Below are positions 62,581 through 64,000 of a stretch of 64,000 nt of DNA, in pieces. The stretch is taken from NCBI RefSeq assembly GCF_001194135.2, contig NC_068986.1:5302460-5366459 (forward strand). The letters run 5' to 3'. The DNA is from Octopus bimaculoides. Its lineage: Eukaryota. The position numbers were made by a program, and so were the translations under genes. Below the pieces are notes generated by a model. That model was not told the origin of the DNA. It ran no database searches and worked only from the letters and a program-made list of their open reading frames with translations. Each line of letters opens with the position of its first letter. Position 1 is the first letter of the stretch.

Positions 62581-63947
62581 TATATATATATATATATTCA
62601 ATTATAGTTTGACTCAGATCCACATGACTTAAAGTTTCATGGCTGTGCAGGCATGCTTGAGTGGTTGAGAAGTTCACTTTGTAACCACATGCTTTCAAGT
62701 TCAGTTTCACTGGGGTTGTCTGACATTGCAGTTACTATGGTGTCCACTGCTCGACAGGATAGAAGCATAAGTAAACAAGTAAAGTGTGAAATGGTGTGTT
62801 ACACAAACATCCAAAATCAGCAGGAATGGGAGATTTAACTGAAAAGAGAACAATACAAGTTTATTTCAAAAATGGACATAGAATTGTTTCAAGAAATTGT
62901 AATTGAGAATAAATATGTGCATTTGAATAACTTAATATTTTTCATCAAATACTTCAAAATTAATGGGAATAAAGAGAAAGAAGTAATTACTAGATTTGTA
63001 ATACTAGATTTGTTTAGATAAGATATGAGTAAGTGACAAATTCTGCATTTTTTTTTTGTGATGTTGCTATGCAACAAAGAAGTAGAAATTGAAACTGTAG
63101 ATTTGTAAAATACCCTGTAGAATTAGAATTGTATAGACTAGAAGTAAAAGAAGCAATAAAGAATGGCGTAAACAGCAATAACAGCGTGGAAACAGGGGTA
63201 AATGACTAAGTAAAGCGATGTGGCATGTTAGACATATAGCAAAAACAGAAATTCAAGAAGGAGAGCAAATATTAGATATCAATATTCTTTTCAAACAGGC
63301 AAGGACTTTTGTTATATTAGTAGCTCATAGGATTTAAAGGCCCTGAGGAATGGAGAGATTACTTTGAATTTTTCTGATAAGTTTTAAAACATAAATATTA
63401 GTAATGGAAGCTGTATTAATATTGAATGGCAATCTTTATATCCTATTTAATGTGATTGTATTGTTACATATTACTTCACTGTTCATCTCATGAGTTTTTT
63501 CTTATATAGATGTATAATGCTAAGAAGCACAGACATGTTGTTAGTAGATGGGAATCACCTAGCATGGGTGGCAGAACTGCTAAATCACATAGTTTTAGCA
63601 TACATGGTTCTTCATCAGTAGCAAGTGTCCATGCACTGTATGCCAGTCAAATCTCACTACTAATGATATATAAAGAAACAGTGGCTGTTCATTCACTGGT
63701 GTTGCAAATAGCTGGCAGGCTCTTTAAAAAGTAAATATTAGCAACAGAAACAGTATTAATACTGAACAGCAATCTTTATATCCTACATAACTTGGATGTA
63801 TTGTTAGACTGCTCTGTTACTGCAGTATTTGAGACACCATCTCATTTATAAACGTGGGTGTTTTGACCACTTTCACACTTTAACTATGGTAATGATAATG
63901 ATGATGATGTGATCAGAGCTAAAGTGCCAAAACTTTCAAAGAATCAA

Positions 63948-63949
<2 letters not shown>

Positions 63950-64000
<51 letters not shown>
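63950..64000. repeat. (CT)n microsatellite
   Basis: Perfect CT run to the window end. Confidence 0.95.

Noticed and set aside
19787-62710. Long ORFs of 200-370 aa in the track (e.g. 19787-20562, 27218-28234, 59089-60242, 61516-62710)
   Set aside because: They consist almost entirely of X from N gaps plus microsatellite flanks and are not real coding sequence.
55801-64000. ADAT3 terminal exon(s) expected to encode CAMALxHSRI onward
   Set aside because: No matching AG-G-TGY-GCN-ATG-type exon was found in the readable sequence. It probably lies in an N gap or beyond 64000.

Overview
AT-rich, repeat-dense eukaryotic genomic DNA with several N gaps (about 4136-4285, 19929-20522, 27359-28115, 41312-41408, 54147-54326, 59253-60114, 61681-62530). 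The repeat landscape looks like a coleoid cephalopod (Octopus); this is inferred from repeat types, not proven. Two spliced host genes lie head-to-tail on the + strand. SNAP29 is complete (3 coding exons, 5662-19350, 265 aa). ADAT3, the pseudo-catalytic subunit of the tRNA A34 deaminase, shows 7 coding exons (26102-55800); its final exon(s) are not visible and lie in a gap or beyond the window. The rest is mostly transposon debris: RTE LINEs and their (GAT)n-tailed 3' ends, Penelope-like elements, R4/Dong-like LINEs, a solo LTR, a mariner, a DD37D remnant, hAT, TTAA and Merlin-like MITEs, tRNA-type SINEs and microsatellites. The most unusual observations are: a ~150-nt 28S rRNA fragment fused to a repeat carrying half of a hammerhead core in ADAT3 intron 1; several decayed minimal hammerhead-like motifs; near-perfect inverted repeats that could give long dsRNA in or near both transcripts; and a PHD finger embedded in RTE ORF2. 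There is no CRISPR array or prokaryotic system. All alignments were done by eye.
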